This document shows, in pieces, positions 55,633 through 57,922 of a DNA stretch of 57,922 bases. Location: positions 1 to 57,922 of the IMG/VR virus record IMGVR_UViG_3300042834_000003. One strand, 5' to 3'. Numbering within the stretch: the first letter of the stretch is position 1; each line of letters opens with the position of its first letter. Made by a program: the position numbers and the translations under genes. The DNA is from a virus (taxonomy: Duplodnaviria > Caudoviricetes). The notes under the pieces were generated by a model. That model worked only from the letters and a program-made list of their open reading frames with translations, made no database searches and was not told the DNA's origin.

Positions 55633-56277
55633 ATGGAATTCGAAACCTTCGTTGGTGGTGGCGCAGGACTGAACCCGGACAAGCTGATTGGTCACCTCCT
55701 CCTGGTGTGGGCGATCAGCTACATTCCGAACAGCCCGACTCAGTACAGTCGCCCGGATCGTCCCTCCGATGTGATCATCGTGGACGTGGTGGACCTCGAC
55801 ACTGGTGCGATCGGACGCGAGTCGTGGTGGCGCCAGGCTCGGCTCATCCGGGACTTGAAGCCCAAGATCGGTAAGAAGCTCCCCATCCTGGTGGCCATGA
55901 CCACGGACGTGGCCACCCAGGGGGGCAAGCCTCCGTATCAGTTGATCGACATGATGAGTAACCCGCAAGCTGTTGCGAAAGCAAATGGTTGGTTCATGGC
56001 GAACCCAGACTTCGTCGTGTCGGAACCGTCACCGGTAGTAGTACCGGTGACGGTGTCGACCCCCCAGCCTCAGCAACAGGTTTCCCAAGGGCCACCACCG
56101 GCCTGGGCAACACCTCTGCCGTCACAGCCACAGCAACCTGCCTGGATGCCGGCGGAAGAGTACTGGCCAGCCCAGGAGCCCCGGAGCGCCCCGCCGGTGC
56201 AGTACCCGCCAGCGCCACCCCGGCCGATGACCCAGGCCGAACAGATGGCTCAGGAGAAGGAGACGTACGGGTACTGA
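55633..56277 (+). CDS. putative ssDNA-binding/recombination protein
   Basis: AGGAG RBS; beta-rich N-terminus with a Pro/Gln tail, between exonuclease and primase genes. Confidence 0.5.
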   Translation: MEFETFVGGGAGLNPDKLIGHLLLVWAISYIPNSPTQYSRPDRPSDVIIVDVVDLDTGAIGRESWWRQARLIRDLKPKIGKKLPILVAMTTDVATQGGKPPYQLIDMMSNPQAVAKANGWFMANPDFVVSEPSPVVVPVTVSTPQPQQQVSQGPPPAWATPLPSQPQQPAWMPAEEYWPAQEPRSAPPVQYPPAPPRPMTQAEQMAQEKETYGY

Positions 56278-56465
56278 GTTGCGCGATACGCAACAAAATG
56301 GCTTCACAGACACATCTAAATATGGGACTTAGTCAATGTCTTCGTGGGGTGTAGCGCCAGGAAGGTCTGATGGAGGAGGATGACCTCCACCGGGGATCTT
56401 CGGGCATTGAAAAGGGGGCCTCGCGGGCCGAAAACTGCCGAGGCCCCCCTAGGAAAGGAACTGGC

Positions 56466-57922
56466 GTGAGCGTAGCCCAAGTGGCCCAAAGTTGGCAACA
56501 GGCTGGAGTCAGTGTCCTACCGATTCCCGCCAATCAATCCAAGCGTCCCGACCGTAGCTGGGCTCAGTACCAGGTCAAGGCCCCGACGCTGCGGGAGGTC
56601 AACGAATGGTGGGGCAACGGTCGCTCACAGTACGGAATCGCCCTGATCTGCGGGTCTGTGTCGGGCAATCTGGAGATGACCGAGCTGGAGGGCCGGGCCA
56701 CCCACGGCGCCACCCTGACGGAGATCCTGAACCACTGTGATCGTCTTGGCATCCGACATGTGTGGGAATTCCTGACAAGTCACAACGGATTCACCGAGAT
56801 GTCACCTACCGGTGGTATTCACCTCCTCTACCGCATCTCCGACCACCCAGTCCCTGGCAACACCAAGATTGCCCGCCGGCCGGCCACCGCTGAGGAACTG
56901 ATCGAACGCCCTGGTGACACTGTCAAGGTCTTGGCCGAGACACGGGGTGAGGGTGGCTACGTCATCACAGCACCGAGCCCTGGAGGCTGTCACCCTTCGG
57001 GTGAGCCCTGGGTAAGGATCGCAGGAGAGTATGGTGTTCTCCCGTTTATCACCTGGGAGGAACGGTGCACACTCCACCAGGCCCTATACGATGCCCTGGA
57101 CGAGATGCCCTCAGTTCTGCCTCCCCAACAGCTACCAGCCGCGCTCCCCTCCTCCCCCGTTGGGTCGAGCGCGGCTGGTGCTCTTGACCTGAGACCTGGT
57201 GACCGCTGGGCGGACACGATCACGTTCGGCGAGCTGCTCTCCGCCAAGGGCTGGGTCATGTCCCACCGGATGGGTGAGGAGGAGTATTGGGTTCGTCCCG
57301 GCAAGCACCCTCGGGATGGCCACTCCGCCACGGTGAACTACAAAGGCTCTGGGCTCCTGTACGTGTTCTCCACAGCGGTGGAGGGTTTGGAGGCCGAGAC
57401 CTCGTACACCAAGTTCGGGGCCTACGCCTACCTGTTCCACAACGGGGACATGAAGGCCGCCGCGTCGGAACTGGCCGGGCGCTGGGGGACGCCACGGGTA
57501 GAGATCGCTGACTTCGAACCAGAACCGATCCCGAGTAACGTATCTGAACCGCTAGATGTGACGTTCACGTGCGACGACGTTGGGAATGCGATGCGCCTGG
57601 CTTACAACATTGAAGGAAGATTTAGATATCTTTATGAAGAGAAGAAATGGTATGTCTGGAAAGATACGTGTTGGAAACTAGATCGGTCCGATGAACTGGC
57701 TCAAGCCTGGATAGCGTGCACCGACGAGATGCGGAAATCTCAGGACGAAACGGTACGTAAATGGGCAGCCAAGAGTCGTAGCGCTCCACGCCTGAGAGCA
57801 GCAATCGATCTACTACGCTCCCTGCCAGGCATCACTGTGTTCGCTGAAGACTTCGACTCGCACCGTCATCTAGTCAACCTTGGCAACGGTGTCCTAGATC
57901 TCCAGGACGGAACGCTCCTACC
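56466..57922 (+). CDS. bifunctional primase-polymerase / P4-type helicase (truncated at window end)
   Basis: Read by hand: SVLPI....KRP...W..YQ, GIALICGSVSG, SPTGGIHLLY, ETRGEGGYVITAPS, then D5-N DDVGNA..WYVW and FD...HLVNLGNGVLDL. Confidence 0.9.
   Translation, partial: MSVAQVAQSWQQAGVSVLPIPANQSKRPDRSWAQYQVKAPTLREVNEWWGNGRSQYGIALICGSVSGNLEMTELEGRATHGATLTEILNHCDRLGIRHVWEFLTSHNGFTEMSPTGGIHLLYRISDHPVPGNTKIARRPATAEELIERPGDTVKVLAETRGEGGYVITAPSPGGCHPSGEPWVRIAGEYGVLPFITWEERCTLHQALYDALDEMPSVLPPQQLPAALPSSPVGSSAAGALDLRPGDRWADTITFGELLSAKGWVMSHRMGEEEYWVRPGKHPRDGHSATVNYKGSGLLYVFSTAVEGLEAETSYTKFGAYAYLFHNGDMKAAASELAGRWGTPRVEIADFEPEPIPSNVSEPLDVTFTCDDVGNAMRLAYNIEGRFRYLYEEKKWYVWKDTCWKLDRSDELAQAWIACTDEMRKSQDETVRKWAAKSRSAPRLRAAIDLLRSLPGITVFAEDFDSHRHLVNLGNGVLDLQDGTLL

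Noticed and set aside
1-57922. Integrase / attP / parAB lysogeny module
   Set aside because: No recombinase or ParA/ParB motifs recognised in this window; the genome continues beyond the right end, so lifestyle cannot be determined

Overview
A GC-rich tailed dsDNA phage genome segment, most likely infecting an actinomycete (actinobacterial parS palindromes, DUF397, DUF1360 and an I36-type secreted protein). Layout: (i) 1-5000, an early/accessory region of small divergently transcribed ORFs, bounded by an exact 86-bp inverted repeat and carrying eight perfect GTTTCACGTGAAAC parS palindromes. (ii) 5.4-18.7 kb, + strand accessory genes: HTH regulators, four tandem CCLGV-motif paralogues, a Holliday junction resolvase, tRNA-fMet and an aberrant tRNA-like element. 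(iii) 18.7-52.7 kb, - strand virion/lysis arm: terminase, portal, MuF-like protein, protease/scaffold-like protein, 1963-aa polyvalent protein, capsid, tail, a sugar-modification cluster, endolysin and holin. (iv) 52.8 kb to the end, + strand replication genes: Cas4-like nuclease and a primase-polymerase/helicase truncated by the window. The most striking element is at 12.94-14.49 kb: an ~860-bp non-CRISPR repeat array of ~25 units, each opened by a CGAC anchor and built from 5-nt modules with a fixed CC. It sits directly upstream of a stand-alone Cas7/RAMP-like gene and is a candidate phage RNA-guided system. All protein family calls come from motif recognition by eye; no database searches were run.
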